Shown piece by piece: positions 1 to 10,509 of a DNA stretch of 64,000 bases (its first letter is position 1; each line of letters opens with the position of its first letter). The notes beneath the pieces are model-generated. The model was not told where the DNA came from and made no database searches. It saw nothing but the letters and a program-made list of their open reading frames with translations. A program made the translations under genes and the position numbers. The stretch is taken from positions 32,001 through 96,000 of IMG/VR virus record IMGVR_UViG_3300045988_130225. The stretch is one strand, 5' to 3'. This DNA comes from a virus.

Positions 1-1074
1 TTGTGATACAAGTTTCACGAGTGGAAATGTGATGCTCGACGATAAAATCACCACGCCGGATATAATAAATGGTGAAATTTCTAACGCGGCGTAACCATTT
101 TCAGTTGCCGTTCCAGAAATTGATATTAACCCATTTTTTGCAGTAATCGTTACACCCCTATTAGTACCTGACCCGTCTGAGATATACAGCAAGTTTTTTC
201 CCGTCACCTTCACCGTCACACTCCCACCGTCACCTGCACTCACGATAGGCACAGGATTATCAGGGCTGGGTGTTCCGTCCTGCGTACTCTTTCCGTATAC
301 ATTCAGGCCGCACAGTGGGGCAGCAAAAGCGTCATTACAGCTTACCGGGTTGCCTGTCTCGCTTCCAACAAGCACATTCTGGCGCTTCTGCAACGCAGTA
401 GTATCTTCATTTAGCTGATTAGTCTTATCATCTAATTCTGTCTTAATATCATCAGCATATTTCTTAGTTACAACGTCAGTATCGTTTACAGGAGTGCTAA
501 CGCCAGTAATAGTGCTTTTGCCATTAAATTTGACAACGCCTGTAACTGGATTGTCCTCTGTGGTTCCTGTCAAAGGTATATAATTATTACCCAGATAACG
601 TAAATTAACCACATCGGTATCGGACAATGGGTCAGCAACGCCTGTAATTACATATTGTTTACTGGTATCATCAGAGTTAGAAAACTCTATAGCTTCATAA
701 GAAAATGGCTCTCTTGTTTCTGGATTTGTTGTTTCAAGATGTACTAAATTTAATGCTACAGTATATTCACCAGTTTCATCTTTTAAAGTAATAGACTTAG
801 CGTTAAGCAATGAATTACCATTCATGTTAATGTCACCAGTCATAATACCACCTGATAACGGTAAGTAATCATCACTTGGAGCAGTACCACCTCTAGTTAT
901 TGGATACCAAATTTTGTTTTCTTTATCAAAACGGTATTCTTGCATGTTATTATCAACTTCATAAAAAGCACTACCGTTAGGAACATCTTCTGTTGGTTTT
1001 ACATCTGTGGTATTGCCGTAAAATTCTGTAAAAATTGTGCCGTTAGCACCACCAACTTTGTTTACTGTTCTCAT
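1..1074 (-). CDS. Tail fibre/appendage protein, truncated by window edge
   Basis: Open minus-strand frame starting MRTVNKVGGANGTIFTEFYGN at 1074 and running off the window; LPLSGGIMTGDINMNGNSLLNAKSI repeat style is typical of phage tail fibres. Confidence 0.65.
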   Translation of the reverse strand, partial: MRTVNKVGGANGTIFTEFYGNTTDVKPTEDVPNGSAFYEVDNNMQEYRFDKENKIWYPITRGGTAPSDDYLPLSGGIMTGDINMNGNSLLNAKSITLKDETGEYTVALNLVHLETTNPETREPFSYEAIEFSNSDDTSKQYVITGVADPLSDTDVVNLRYLGNNYIPLTGTTEDNPVTGVVKFNGKSTITGVSTPVNDTDVVTKKYADDIKTELDDKTNQLNEDTTALQKRQNVLVGSETGNPVSCNDAFAAPLCGLNVYGKSTQDGTPSPDNPVPIVSAGDGGSVTVKVTGKNLLYISDGSGTNRGVTITAKNGLISISGTATENGYAALEISPFIISGVVILSSSITFPLVKLVSQ

Positions 1075-1158
1075 TTACGAACCCCTTTCTAATTTATGAT
1101 AACAAAAAGAGAGGAACTATTATTAATTCCTCTCCATTGTAATATATTTATTTAATTA

Positions 1159-1338
1159 TCAATCCTTAACAGGTCTTTGGGTCTGAGGTCTTACACGTTC
1201 ATCTGTTTTACCAGTTGCAGGGCCAGTTGTTACATAGGTTGTATCCTGTGCGCCCTTTGGTCTTTTAGTCTGTGCTAAATCATTTGCCATCTGTTCCTTG
1301 GTTCTATGGTCTGCATGCTTTCCAGTTGCTACTGCCAT
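1159..1338 (-). CDS. Small hypothetical protein (MAVATGKHADHRTKEQMAND...)
   Basis: ORF 1159..1377 with a better internal start at 1338 and a sigma70-like promoter upstream. Confidence 0.5.
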   Translation of the reverse strand: MAVATGKHADHRTKEQMANDLAQTKRPKGAQDTTYVTTGPATGKTDERVRPQTQRPVKD

Positions 1339-1473
1339 AATAATTACCTCCTTTAAGGTTAATATACAGAAATACATAATTTTTAAAATAGTTTTAGAAC
1401 AATTTTTATAGCACTTTATTTTTCATTTAAAACAGTAAGTCTGTAAACTTTCTATATGAATTGTTCTTTATTT

Positions 1474-1502
1474 ATAATACTACTTGTCACCTTATTTGTC
1501 AA
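1474..1502 (-). promoter_or_regulatory. Sigma70-like promoter TTGACA-N17-TATTAT for the 1159-1338 gene
   Basis: Direct reading of the minus strand. Confidence 0.5.
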
Positions 1503-1518
1503 GCGAATTTTAATCACT

Positions 1519-2079
1519 TTATGATAATTTTATCCATTTACTTGTAGTTGGAATTTCATCTTCAACACTTGTCAACATAATTCCATTATCATCATTCTCA
1601 AATGAATTAGTAACAGCCGTTTCCTCACCAATTTCCTCTTTATCCTTAGAATTGGACACATGAGTTACTACAGCCTTGTATAACTCACCGTACTCGTTAG
1701 TAACCCTATCTCCCTCTTTATATTCAACGCCCTCAGTCCATACTGGATAGAGTTCTGGAACTTCTACGGCTTGTTCGTCTGTGAAATTCTGTGCTGATAA
1801 TTTAGCTGTTTTATAAAGGGTCTTATTAATTTGTTGTAAAGTCGCAACTTGCTGTTCTTGTGTTGGAACGTAAGCAATTTCATTATCTTCTAAGTCATAA
1901 AACTTGCCGTTTTTATATTTGCAACCTATAAAACAAGGGTATTGTAAACAGTCTACTGCGATAGCTTCATTGCCGTAAGTACCTCTTGCAATCTGATTAG
2001 CAAGTTCATAATTGTCGCATACAATAATATTCTGTACAGTTTCCTCATGTACAATAGCAAAAACTTGATGTACAATCAT
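1519..2079 (-). CDS. Tail protein with chitin/carbohydrate-binding-like module (YKEGDRVTNEYGELYKAVVTH)
   Basis: ORF, motif and tail module context. Confidence 0.5.
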   Translation of the reverse strand: MIVHQVFAIVHEETVQNIIVCDNYELANQIARGTYGNEAIAVDCLQYPCFIGCKYKNGKFYDLEDNEIAYVPTQEQQVATLQQINKTLYKTAKLSAQNFTDEQAVEVPELYPVWTEGVEYKEGDRVTNEYGELYKAVVTHVSNSKDKEEIGEETAVTNSFENDDNGIMLTSVEDEIPTTSKWIKLS

Positions 2080-2104
2080 ATCATTTCTATCCTTTCATTC
2101 TATA

Positions 2105-2350
2105 TTAATAAGCGAAAATACTATTCACTGTTAAAGTGCCAGTTTGTTGGGCTTGTGGATTAGTGGTATAAAAAGTTGTACCAGTTAATACTTGATTTAC
2201 ATTGGCGTTACCAGTTAATTCAAGAGTTCCAATTTGTTCATCATCAGAACCTAAACCAAGAAAGATATAACCTTTCATAACTTCTGATTTGGTTGCAGTC
2301 AATTCAGAAGTATCAACGCCACCAGATATAAAATTATTAATTATAGCCAT
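2105..2350 (-). CDS. Short tail fibre-associated protein
   Basis: ORF; shares the EQIGTLELTGNA / GYIFLG repeat style with the adjacent 2366-3703 product. Confidence 0.5.
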   Translation of the reverse strand: MAIINNFISGGVDTSELTATKSEVMKGYIFLGLGSDDEQIGTLELTGNANVNQVLTGTTFYTTNPQAQQTGTLTVNSIFAY

Positions 2351-2365
2351 ATGATACTCCTTTCT

Positions 2366-3703
2366 TTATTTGAAACGGATAAGGATAATTCCAGAACCAC
2401 CAGTACCACCGTCCCTACCACTATAAGCATAGCCACCACCGCCACCACCTGCTCCACCACCAGTATTAGCAGAACCATTGCCGCCCGCACTAGCAAAAAT
2501 GTAATCTGGTTCACTAGAAGAACCTCCACTTCTATAGGTACCATTACCACCATGACCGCCACCTATAGAACCACCAGAGCCACCCCAGTTACCCGGTGTT
2601 AAAGCACCTAATCCTTGTCCACCAGAACCACCACCGCCAGAATAAACAGTACCAGAACTTTCACCAAATGGGCGAGTTGTTGTTCCTTGACCTAATCCTT
2701 GACTATTTGTGACACCAGGACTATTACCACCATTGCCACCATTACTACCGCCATTATTTCCATAAGTATATCCATACGCTGAACCACCTACTCCACCGCC
2801 ACTACCGCCACAACTAGCACGATAATATGGTGAAGTAGTTTCACCGTCACCGCCATATCCACCAGAAGCAGTACATAATGTAGTTCCGCTTCTTGTTACA
2901 GAAGTAGTGCCACCAGTACCCCCATTAGCGCCGCCACCGCCACCAATAGAGCATACTAAAGTTTGTCCAGAAGATACACTAACATTAGAAGCAGTTTTAG
3001 TGTAGCCACCACCGCCACCACCGCCACCATAAGTTGAATTTCTATCTCGACTTTCTCCATGCCCACCACCGCCACCACCACCAACACAAAATATATCAAC
3101 TTGACTATATCCACTTGGTACAGTTACATTTGTACTACTTGTAATCGTCTGTGTATATGTACTACCACTTACAATATTACCTTGTATTGGTGTTCCTATC
3201 AATTCCCCATTACTTGTCACACAATAACTATACACACTTATGTAATACCTAGTTCCAAGATTAGGAAACCCCAAAGTAACACTACTTCTACCACCACTTG
3301 TAGTATTATTTCCAGTACCTTTATAAATCTGAGTACCACCAGTCCCAGGATTTCCACTTGTGCTATATTTAACATATACACCACTATAAGGTCTACCAGT
3401 AGTTTGTATAGGGTTAGACCAAGTAACAGTAATATTTCTACCACTAGAAACAGCTAAGTTTAAATTACTTACATTACCAACTTCCATTGTGCCAGTAACC
3501 TTAATTTTAGCGTCTGTATTATAAAACGTAGCACCTTTGATAACATGACTTTCTATAGCGTTTCCAGTCAGTTCCAATGTGCCAGTTTGTATATCGTCAC
3601 TATCTTTTCCTACGAATGTATATCCTTTTAATACATTATTTGGTTCAGCAGTTGCAATATCAGAACTACCACCACCAGTAGGAAATCTATTCATAATTGA
3701 CAT
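2366..3703 (-). CDS. Glycine-rich tail fibre protein with fibronectin III-like segment
   Basis: 445 aa; ITVTWSNPIQTTGRPYSGVYVKY segment and C-terminal GGGGGGGY-rich domain. Confidence 0.7.
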   Translation of the reverse strand: MSIMNRFPTGGGSSDIATAEPNNVLKGYTFVGKDSDDIQTGTLELTGNAIESHVIKGATFYNTDAKIKVTGTMEVGNVSNLNLAVSSGRNITVTWSNPIQTTGRPYSGVYVKYSTSGNPGTGGTQIYKGTGNNTTSGGRSSVTLGFPNLGTRYYISVYSYCVTSNGELIGTPIQGNIVSGSTYTQTITSSTNVTVPSGYSQVDIFCVGGGGGGGHGESRDRNSTYGGGGGGGGYTKTASNVSVSSGQTLVCSIGGGGGANGGTGGTTSVTRSGTTLCTASGGYGGDGETTSPYYRASCGGSGGGVGGSAYGYTYGNNGGSNGGNGGNSPGVTNSQGLGQGTTTRPFGESSGTVYSGGGGSGGQGLGALTPGNWGGSGGSIGGGHGGNGTYRSGGSSSEPDYIFASAGGNGSANTGGGAGGGGGGYAYSGRDGGTGGSGIILIRFK

Positions 3704-3730
3704 AAAATCACCTCTTTTTGTTAATAAAAC

Positions 3731-4081
3731 TTATCCAATAATCAGCACTTGGATGGGTAAATCTTCCGTTGGCTTATTCTTATAAGCTGTAAGAGTAATC
3801 TGATTTTCTGCTTGTGCTGTACACTGAATGATACATTTCATGGATAGTTTAATTTGGTCTAAGGTTGCATTTGAAGCTAAACCAACCTCAATATTATTCT
3901 CAGCCGTAACACCATTTACTGTTAAAGTTAATGTATATGGTGCATTATCACCTTGCCAATCTGCACTAGGAGCATTTACTTGCACACTTACAGATTTAAA
4001 AGCACCATTTTCTACATTTTTTATTTTAGTCTGAGGATATAATTGGTCATATCCAGTATCAGTTTTTACATTCATTTCTAT
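3731..4081 (-). CDS. Hypothetical tail-module protein
   Basis: ORF 3731..4147; internal start MASYNIEMNVKTDTGYDQLYPQTK gives the conserved-looking product. Confidence 0.5.
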   Translation of the reverse strand: MEMNVKTDTGYDQLYPQTKIKNVENGAFKSVSVQVNAPSADWQGDNAPYTLTLTVNGVTAENNIEVGLASNATLDQIKLSMKCIIQCTAQAENQITLTAYKNKPTEDLPIQVLIIG

Positions 4082-4116
4082 GTTATAACTTGCCATATTT
4101 TCACCAACTTTCTTTA

Positions 4117-4806
4117 TTAAACTTCGATAGATAAAATTTTCCACCATTGACCACCAACTTCTAATTGTTCGTCAGTTGGTTCTGTTTCAGATACAATAAC
4201 TCTTGCTTTTGGAAACTTCATAAATACCTGCCATGTGCTAGGTGTGGTATCTGGTTGAACATTTGTATTCGCTTTTAAAGCAATATACATTACATTTTCA
4301 TAAGTAACAACGTCATTAATAGCATAATTTACTGTTTTATCCCAAACATCTTTTAACTGAACGTCAATACTTGTCGCACCAACCTCACCTTTTAAGCCAA
4401 TCAACACCCAGTATTCCATATCAGTAGGCAGATTTCCAGTTGATTGTTTTAAACACATATAAACTTGTTTGTCATAAACAACAAAGTTATACATTTCATA
4501 TTGTATATCAGCTTGATATTCTTTCTTATTTATGTAATTATTAAGCATTGTCTGAAATAATTGTTCATCTTCTGCAAGTTTAACCTCTACTGCATTGTAA
4601 TATAAATTCTGTAAATATTCAAGAGCCGTATGAATCATATTGAAACATATTGGCATAACCGTTTCAGAATCAATGTCATCATTGTTCATAATTAACGCTA
4701 ATGCTTGACTAAAATAACCCTCTCTAAAATATTGAGAAAACTGTTGCATTAAGTTTCTATTACTTAATGATAAGTCTTGCCAACGTCTGACTTCAAAACT
4801 TGCCAT
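4117..4806 (-). CDS. Tail/baseplate protein with chitin-binding-like repeats
   Basis: 229 aa; DKTVNYAINDVVTYENVMYIALKANTNVQPDTTPSTWQVF motif. Confidence 0.5.
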   Translation of the reverse strand: MASFEVRRWQDLSLSNRNLMQQFSQYFREGYFSQALALIMNNDDIDSETVMPICFNMIHTALEYLQNLYYNAVEVKLAEDEQLFQTMLNNYINKKEYQADIQYEMYNFVVYDKQVYMCLKQSTGNLPTDMEYWVLIGLKGEVGATSIDVQLKDVWDKTVNYAINDVVTYENVMYIALKANTNVQPDTTPSTWQVFMKFPKARVIVSETEPTDEQLEVGGQWWKILSIEV

Positions 4807-4820
4807 ATTTTTTTCCTTTC

Positions 4821-5552
4821 TTAGTTCACAATTCTAAACCATAAATCACCAGTTTCTTGTTGACTTGGCGTTCCCCCTTGTACTGGAATTTCTCTAGGTC
4901 TAACAGAACCAATATTAACCCAGTATTGCGAACCCTCAAAAGGTGCTTGGTTATTATTAGCTTCAATACAAGCCCACACATAGTTACCGTATGTTACTAC
5001 GTTCTGTGTGGTGTAATGTACTGTACTATCCCATTCTCCTAAGAAAGACAATCCCTCACCAGAATCACCTTTTTCACCACGAATAGAAAGCACTCGCCAA
5101 TAAGTTGTATTTGTGGGATCTGTTCCCAAAGGTGGATTAGTAACAGCAATATACACATAATTTACACCGTTATAGGTGTATGTTACAAAGTTATTCTTAG
5201 AATAGGTTATAGTAGGGTTATATATTCCCTTATAGCCAAATAAATTGATGATATTCTGCCATTTAATTTGCTTGCCCTCTACATAAGGTTGCACATCAGT
5301 TTTATAAAAATTTTCCAACGCTTCACAAGTATTGATAATCGTATTTAATTTTTGAGCATTGATAATCTTTTGATTACCGTTTGGAATTTGTGCAAATATA
5401 TTTTGTGCGGTTTCATAATCATTAGACTGAATAGCTGTCTGATATTGCTGAATTAATTGTGCGTCAGAAGCCGTAATATCCAAAAAAGTTGTAAATGTTT
5501 GTACTTGATTAGGAAAAGTCGTACTCGGAAATTGAGGGTAACGTTCACTCAT
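4821..5552 (-). CDS. Tail/baseplate protein with chitin-binding-like repeats
   Basis: 243 aa; STVHYTTQNVVTYGNYVWACIEANNNQAP motif. Confidence 0.5.
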   Translation of the reverse strand: MSERYPQFPSTTFPNQVQTFTTFLDITASDAQLIQQYQTAIQSNDYETAQNIFAQIPNGNQKIINAQKLNTIINTCEALENFYKTDVQPYVEGKQIKWQNIINLFGYKGIYNPTITYSKNNFVTYTYNGVNYVYIAVTNPPLGTDPTNTTYWRVLSIRGEKGDSGEGLSFLGEWDSTVHYTTQNVVTYGNYVWACIEANNNQAPFEGSQYWVNIGSVRPREIPVQGGTPSQQETGDLWFRIVN

Positions 5553-5613
5553 AAATCACACTTCCTTTCTATGTAATCTAAATATTATTATATATTATTC
5601 TTTATTTTATTAC

Positions 5614-5649
5614 AACAAAAAAGAGTGAATCTATTAAGAAACACTCTTT
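5614..5649 (-). terminator. Rho-independent terminator, minus strand
   Basis: AAAGAGTG/CACTCTTT 8-bp stem followed by a T-run when read on the minus strand. Confidence 0.6.
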
Positions 5650-6057
5650 CTTGCTACCAAAAACGTATTACAGGAGGTTTAATGAAAATAAGAAAAATAT
5701 GCTTAGTTCTTTTTTCCAAGCATTATGTCACCATTCACCTTTTATCTCTCGCACATAAAAGGGTTCAGCTTTTTGTGACTAACTACCTATCTAATCATAG
5801 GTTAGTTTGAATTGTCACCATCACAGGCTTTTTTCAACTTTAGCTGAATTAATTTCATTATCACTATGGCAAGTAAATGATAATGAAAATCCAGTTAAGA
5901 AAAGGAACGTTGTGGATTTTTCGCACATGGATACGAACAACAATGTATACAATTTATAAGGAGAACATATATCTTTTATTTCCTTTCCTTAACTTAATTA
6001 TATCTTACCATACTTTACGCCTTGTGTCAATAGTTATTTTGAAATATTTCCACTTAT

Positions 6058-7470
6058 TTAGAAACTTTCGTATTCTGGATAATAAGCAATCATACTTATA
6101 TTCATTGAACCACTTTCTTGCATATCAGCACTAAAACTTTTTACAAGATACTGTTTTGGAACTGTAGAATCTTTAGGTGTGTATGAAACAACTATATTTA
6201 CGTCAAGCCACCATATAGGGACACATGTCAAACTTACACTGTCATTCATTCTGGTTCGTAAATATAATTCATATTTAGCACGTTGTCTTGCTAAATCATT
6301 AGTATATATATTATCATATTCACCCCCAGACAAAGGAATTGCTATCTCACCTATTGTACCCCCTACATAATAAGGGCTTTGTGGATTATCGTCTTTAGCT
6401 TCACCGTATATCTGTTGATAGCCTAGGTATATAAACTTACCATTCTGGTATCTGGCAACGTAATACTGGTTGTTACGGTCTAGTACCGCCGCTGTTCCGT
6501 CCTCATTAACCAAAGGTAATGCGCTGTTATCATTCACTTTAATATAAGGACTTGCAACTGCTGTAGTAGCCGTCCAACCTACTGTGAAACTTGTATCTGC
6601 ATCAAAAGTTGTTGGATAATCTGCAATAGTAAGAGTATAAGTATTTCCACTCTGAGTTATATTACTTGGATAATATGTTGGGTCGATTGATTTTCCAAAT
6701 ACTCTTACTACATTTTTAACGCTTTCAAAATCAGACGTAATACTTTCTGATGTTACAATATTATCCCATACATCGTCATCCAATAAAGACGGTTCATTAT
6801 GTCCACTTGGAATCTTTTGATACCTAAATACTCCGTTTACATCAAAGAAAATTTCCATAGTTGCATCTACATCTCTTAATTGAGAAAGTAATGAATAAAC
6901 ACTATCACCAACGTCTACTTGTATATCATAAGGTAAAGCATATGGCAATTCTTCAAGGACATATTTAGTTACTCCTACTAACTTTAACACACTAATCATA
7001 GCGTTTCTTACGTTACTACCTTGTGGAATCGTTGTTGGCATATCTGAAATATAACCATTTCTTGTACCATTCAGTCTTGCCATAAGGTCAAGTCCCTCAA
7101 ATGATAATGAATTAGTAGAAGCGTCATAATTCCATGTAGGGGTATTGATAAGATAAATACCTAAATTTACCCATTCCCAGTCTTTTGCAAGTATATCATA
7201 TTCACCTATATAAATCTGAACATATCTATCCAACCATATTCTTCCACCAGATTTTATCTCAAAATCAGCGGTATCTTTCAGTGCTAAAGTAATACTACAT
7301 GAACGCCTTTGGTCATTGTTACTATCACAATTTATATTACCACTGATAACATAACCCTGTATTTCATTTACGGTCTGATACTCATAATTGAGCAGATTTA
7401 TCTTTATTTGACGTTCTCTCATTCGTTGTTTTGCGATATTGTATAAATTTTGCGTTATATTTAATGGCAT
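6058..7470 (-). CDS. Baseplate/tail lysin-like structural protein
   Basis: 470 aa starting MPLNITQNLYNIAKQRMRERQIKINLLNYEYQTVNEIQGYVISGNINCDSNND; downstream of tape measure. Confidence 0.5.
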   Translation of the reverse strand: MPLNITQNLYNIAKQRMRERQIKINLLNYEYQTVNEIQGYVISGNINCDSNNDQRRSCSITLALKDTADFEIKSGGRIWLDRYVQIYIGEYDILAKDWEWVNLGIYLINTPTWNYDASTNSLSFEGLDLMARLNGTRNGYISDMPTTIPQGSNVRNAMISVLKLVGVTKYVLEELPYALPYDIQVDVGDSVYSLLSQLRDVDATMEIFFDVNGVFRYQKIPSGHNEPSLLDDDVWDNIVTSESITSDFESVKNVVRVFGKSIDPTYYPSNITQSGNTYTLTIADYPTTFDADTSFTVGWTATTAVASPYIKVNDNSALPLVNEDGTAAVLDRNNQYYVARYQNGKFIYLGYQQIYGEAKDDNPQSPYYVGGTIGEIAIPLSGGEYDNIYTNDLARQRAKYELYLRTRMNDSVSLTCVPIWWLDVNIVVSYTPKDSTVPKQYLVKSFSADMQESGSMNISMIAYYPEYESF

Positions 7471-7483
7471 AATTTATCCTCCC

Positions 7484-8416
7484 TTACGTTCCAGTAGTAG
7501 AAACTCCACTTACTACTGGTTCTACTAATCCAAATTCCATAAGGTCTTTTTCGTTATTTGCGTCACCAACCTCAACGTAATCAAAGGAAATATCTACCTT
7601 TCCCATACCCCAGTTGTTGTCATATGTAATGTTTGGTTCTGAACTTGGATAAACCAAATGTATCGAGTTATTCCAATCCTTTATGATTTTTGCTTTATTA
7701 TTTGTGATATAATTCAATATTTCTTCTGTTAATTTATTGATTTCGTATCTATTCATTATCCTATTCTTTTCATAATCCAAAGGTAGGACAGTAAAACTGA
7801 TACTATTGCTGTAATAATTCGTCTTAGCATTAGCAACAATTACTGGATATTTACTACCATAAGGCTCAAATACACCTATCTTCTTAACACGTTTACCAGT
7901 ACCATATGCTACCCCAGCGTAGAATTTATATATACTATCCTTTTCACAAATGAATACGCCCTTGAATTGAGAAGTGATACTATTGGTAATATAATCGCCC
8001 TCAGCACCGTTCAATATAGGAACTAAAGCATATTCATAATCTGTATTATTAGCGGCTATATAATCATTAAAAGCAAAGTTTAAATCTTCAAATGCTTTTA
8101 CTGTAACTGTCTTTAAAGTAACCCAGTTAAATGTACCTTTAATTCTACGTTTTACTTTAATAGCGGTCAAATATTGCAGTAAGAAATCTACATTACCGCC
8201 ATTGATATTACCGTCAAAATTAGCAACAATAATATCAAGATAAGCCCATTCAGTATTTTTAATAGGTGAATAATCACTAGTTACATTACTAGTTAAATGA
8301 AAATGGTCAAAGATACCGTTCTGAACTTGAACTGTTGTTACATTATTTACACTGGTAGGTGCAATATCTAGGCTGTTACCGTCTTGTACGAAATTGTACC
8401 CTAAGAAAGAAAACAT
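7484..8416 (-). CDS. Tail-module structural protein
   Basis: 310 aa ORF in the tail operon. Confidence 0.45.
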   Translation of the reverse strand: MFSFLGYNFVQDGNSLDIAPTSVNNVTTVQVQNGIFDHFHLTSNVTSDYSPIKNTEWAYLDIIVANFDGNINGGNVDFLLQYLTAIKVKRRIKGTFNWVTLKTVTVKAFEDLNFAFNDYIAANNTDYEYALVPILNGAEGDYITNSITSQFKGVFICEKDSIYKFYAGVAYGTGKRVKKIGVFEPYGSKYPVIVANAKTNYYSNSISFTVLPLDYEKNRIMNRYEINKLTEEILNYITNNKAKIIKDWNNSIHLVYPSSEPNITYDNNWGMGKVDISFDYVEVGDANNEKDLMEFGLVEPVVSGVSTTGT

Positions 8417-8452
8417 ATTATCCTCTCACCTACTTTCTATTTGTTGTTATTA

Positions 8453-9577
8453 TTAATTTGTTGCAGTAGGAATTACGCTACCTAAATTTATCAAAGAAAT
8501 ATTATAAACATTTCCTATTCTTCTCACCCATAAAGTAAGATAATCTGTATTTTGTGGTAATGGAATATATTGAGAATATCTATAATAAACATCTTCTGCA
8601 ATACCACTGTCCACAGTCATATCTACATAGGCTTTAAGTTCTGTTTCGTTTCTATAATATCCGTTCCTATAAGTAAACGTAATCTTTTGACCTTGTGAAT
8701 TAGTAAAAAATGAGATTGGTGTGTCTACGTTCATATCTCTAAACCACCATTGAGCCGTAAAATCTCCGTTTAATTGGAAACCACTTGTCCACTTTGTCCA
8801 GTAACCGTCTGGTCTTAAATCAATTTCTTTACCGTCTACATTAGTAATATATATTGGTTCTTCTGGATTGCTTGAACCCTCAATAATACTAACAATACTT
8901 TCACCAGTGATATAACCATTAGTGCAATCATTAGTCAAACCAAGAATACCAAACACAGTTGGACTGGAATATGTAACAGTGATTAATATTTCACCAGTTG
9001 TTACATAAGTTCCATAAATAGTATAACCCTTGATTTCAATGTAATAAGTTGCTTTATCATCTAATCCAGTCAATAAATAAGTTTGAGTTACTGGTGGTTT
9101 AATACTCTGACCACCATAAATCTCACCACTGTTATTAATTTCAACATGGTTAGAATTATATAGAATCACATTATAATAGTTTAATAATTCACCCTCAATC
9201 TGATTATATGTAAACTCAAATAAAAAACTTGAAGAATTGATAATATTATTTGCGGGTAAATTGGTAAACTCTATTGTAGGTTGAGTATAGCACCAAAACT
9301 GTATAGGGTCACTTGGACTACTTACTTCGCCTTGTGCGTCATAAGTAGTTACATAAGCGTTATAATATGTACCATTAGTTAATGTATTAGGTGGAACAGT
9401 ATGCTCAAACTTAAATGAGTCCACAGACTGTTGGTATACAACTTGGTTTGTGGTGTTGTTACGAATTGTTAATTGGTTCTTTACAACTTGATTACCACCT
9501 GTTGAATAGAATGTAAATGTTGACTTTTGAGAAGCGTCAAATGCATTTATTGAATATAATATCGGTTTAGTTACCAT
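8453..9577 (-). CDS. Tail protein with fibronectin III-like domains
   Basis: 374 aa; YYIEIKGYTIYGTYVTTGEILITV style segments. Confidence 0.5.
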   Translation of the reverse strand: MVTKPILYSINAFDASQKSTFTFYSTGGNQVVKNQLTIRNNTTNQVVYQQSVDSFKFEHTVPPNTLTNGTYYNAYVTTYDAQGEVSSPSDPIQFWCYTQPTIEFTNLPANNIINSSSFLFEFTYNQIEGELLNYYNVILYNSNHVEINNSGEIYGGQSIKPPVTQTYLLTGLDDKATYYIEIKGYTIYGTYVTTGEILITVTYSSPTVFGILGLTNDCTNGYITGESIVSIIEGSSNPEEPIYITNVDGKEIDLRPDGYWTKWTSGFQLNGDFTAQWWFRDMNVDTPISFFTNSQGQKITFTYRNGYYRNETELKAYVDMTVDSGIAEDVYYRYSQYIPLPQNTDYLTLWVRRIGNVYNISLINLGSVIPTATN

Positions 9578-9597
9578 AAAATTTAATCACCTACTTT

Positions 9598-10452
9598 TTA
9601 AGATGTTCTTTGCCAAATATAACAACAAAGATATGGCTGTACAGTTGAAATAGTTTGTGTTGTTAATGTTACATCTCCGTGTGTATGTCCTTGTTCTCCA
9701 CCTGCACCTAATGTAGTTGTAATAGTACCTTTACTCCAATCATTAAACCAACCACCGTTGTTATGAATTTGAAAACCATTATTAGCCGAAATTGGAGAAA
9801 ACTCATTAGGCGCCGCAGAGTCATGTTTTACTGCTATAATACTTGTATTGCTATCCATACCATGTTGATGGTTTGGAATTTCATTTATTGTTAATACATG
9901 ATTTTGCGTTGTGTGTGCGTGAGTATAATCATTACTATACACACCGCCCAGTTTTCCTGCTTGATTAAAGCTATCTTGATTAGTGTCAACGCCTACTAAA
10001 GTTCTTCCTTGTCCTATTAACAACCAACTTCCACCAAAAAAAGTTGAAGGATTAGTAGCAACCAAAGAAAGATAAATTGAACCAACAGGATAAACATCTA
10101 AAGCACTAATACCACCAGATTTGCTACTTCCACCACCGCTTATATACATATTACTTGCTTGATTTTGTGGGTATGTGACTTTTACAATATCATTTATCTT
10201 AAAGTTTGCGACAGAGTAACTAGGAACTCTGCTATATTCTTTATTATCTATAACAACATTATATGTACCATCAGAATTTAAACTTTTAATCAAACCAGTT
10301 TTAGTAATATCTCTAGGTGCTTTATTAACTTCCTGCTTTGCAATAATTCTCATAGCTTCAAGTATTTCTTTATTTATATCCCATGTTTTAGCATCAAGGC
10401 TACTATTCCCTCGCTTAACATCGGTTCCTTTATTGTTGTATAAATTTTGCAT
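9598..10452 (-). CDS. Baseplate/tail collar-like protein
   Basis: 284 aa; DVYPVGSIYLSLVATNPSTFFGGSWLLIGQGRTLVGVD and H-rich collar pattern YTHAHTTQN...HTHGDVTL. Confidence 0.75.
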   Translation of the reverse strand: MQNLYNNKGTDVKRGNSSLDAKTWDINKEILEAMRIIAKQEVNKAPRDITKTGLIKSLNSDGTYNVVIDNKEYSRVPSYSVANFKINDIVKVTYPQNQASNMYISGGGSSKSGGISALDVYPVGSIYLSLVATNPSTFFGGSWLLIGQGRTLVGVDTNQDSFNQAGKLGGVYSNDYTHAHTTQNHVLTINEIPNHQHGMDSNTSIIAVKHDSAAPNEFSPISANNGFQIHNNGGWFNDWSKGTITTTLGAGGEQGHTHGDVTLTTQTISTVQPYLCCYIWQRTS

Positions 10453-10509
10453 AATTCAATTCACTTCCTTTACCAAAACAAACAAAATCTTTATAGTAAA
10501 AGGAGAGAA

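Noticed and set aside
2351-2602. Plus-strand ORFs antisense to late genes (2351, 3059, 11539, 13805, 14285, 19127, 25940 and others)
   Set aside because: Low-complexity mirror ORFs (N/T/I- or F-rich) opposite strong structural genes, without ribosome sites
2366-3703. Glycine-rich fibre as a diversity-generating retroelement target
   Set aside because: No reverse transcriptase ORF or template repeat recognised in the window
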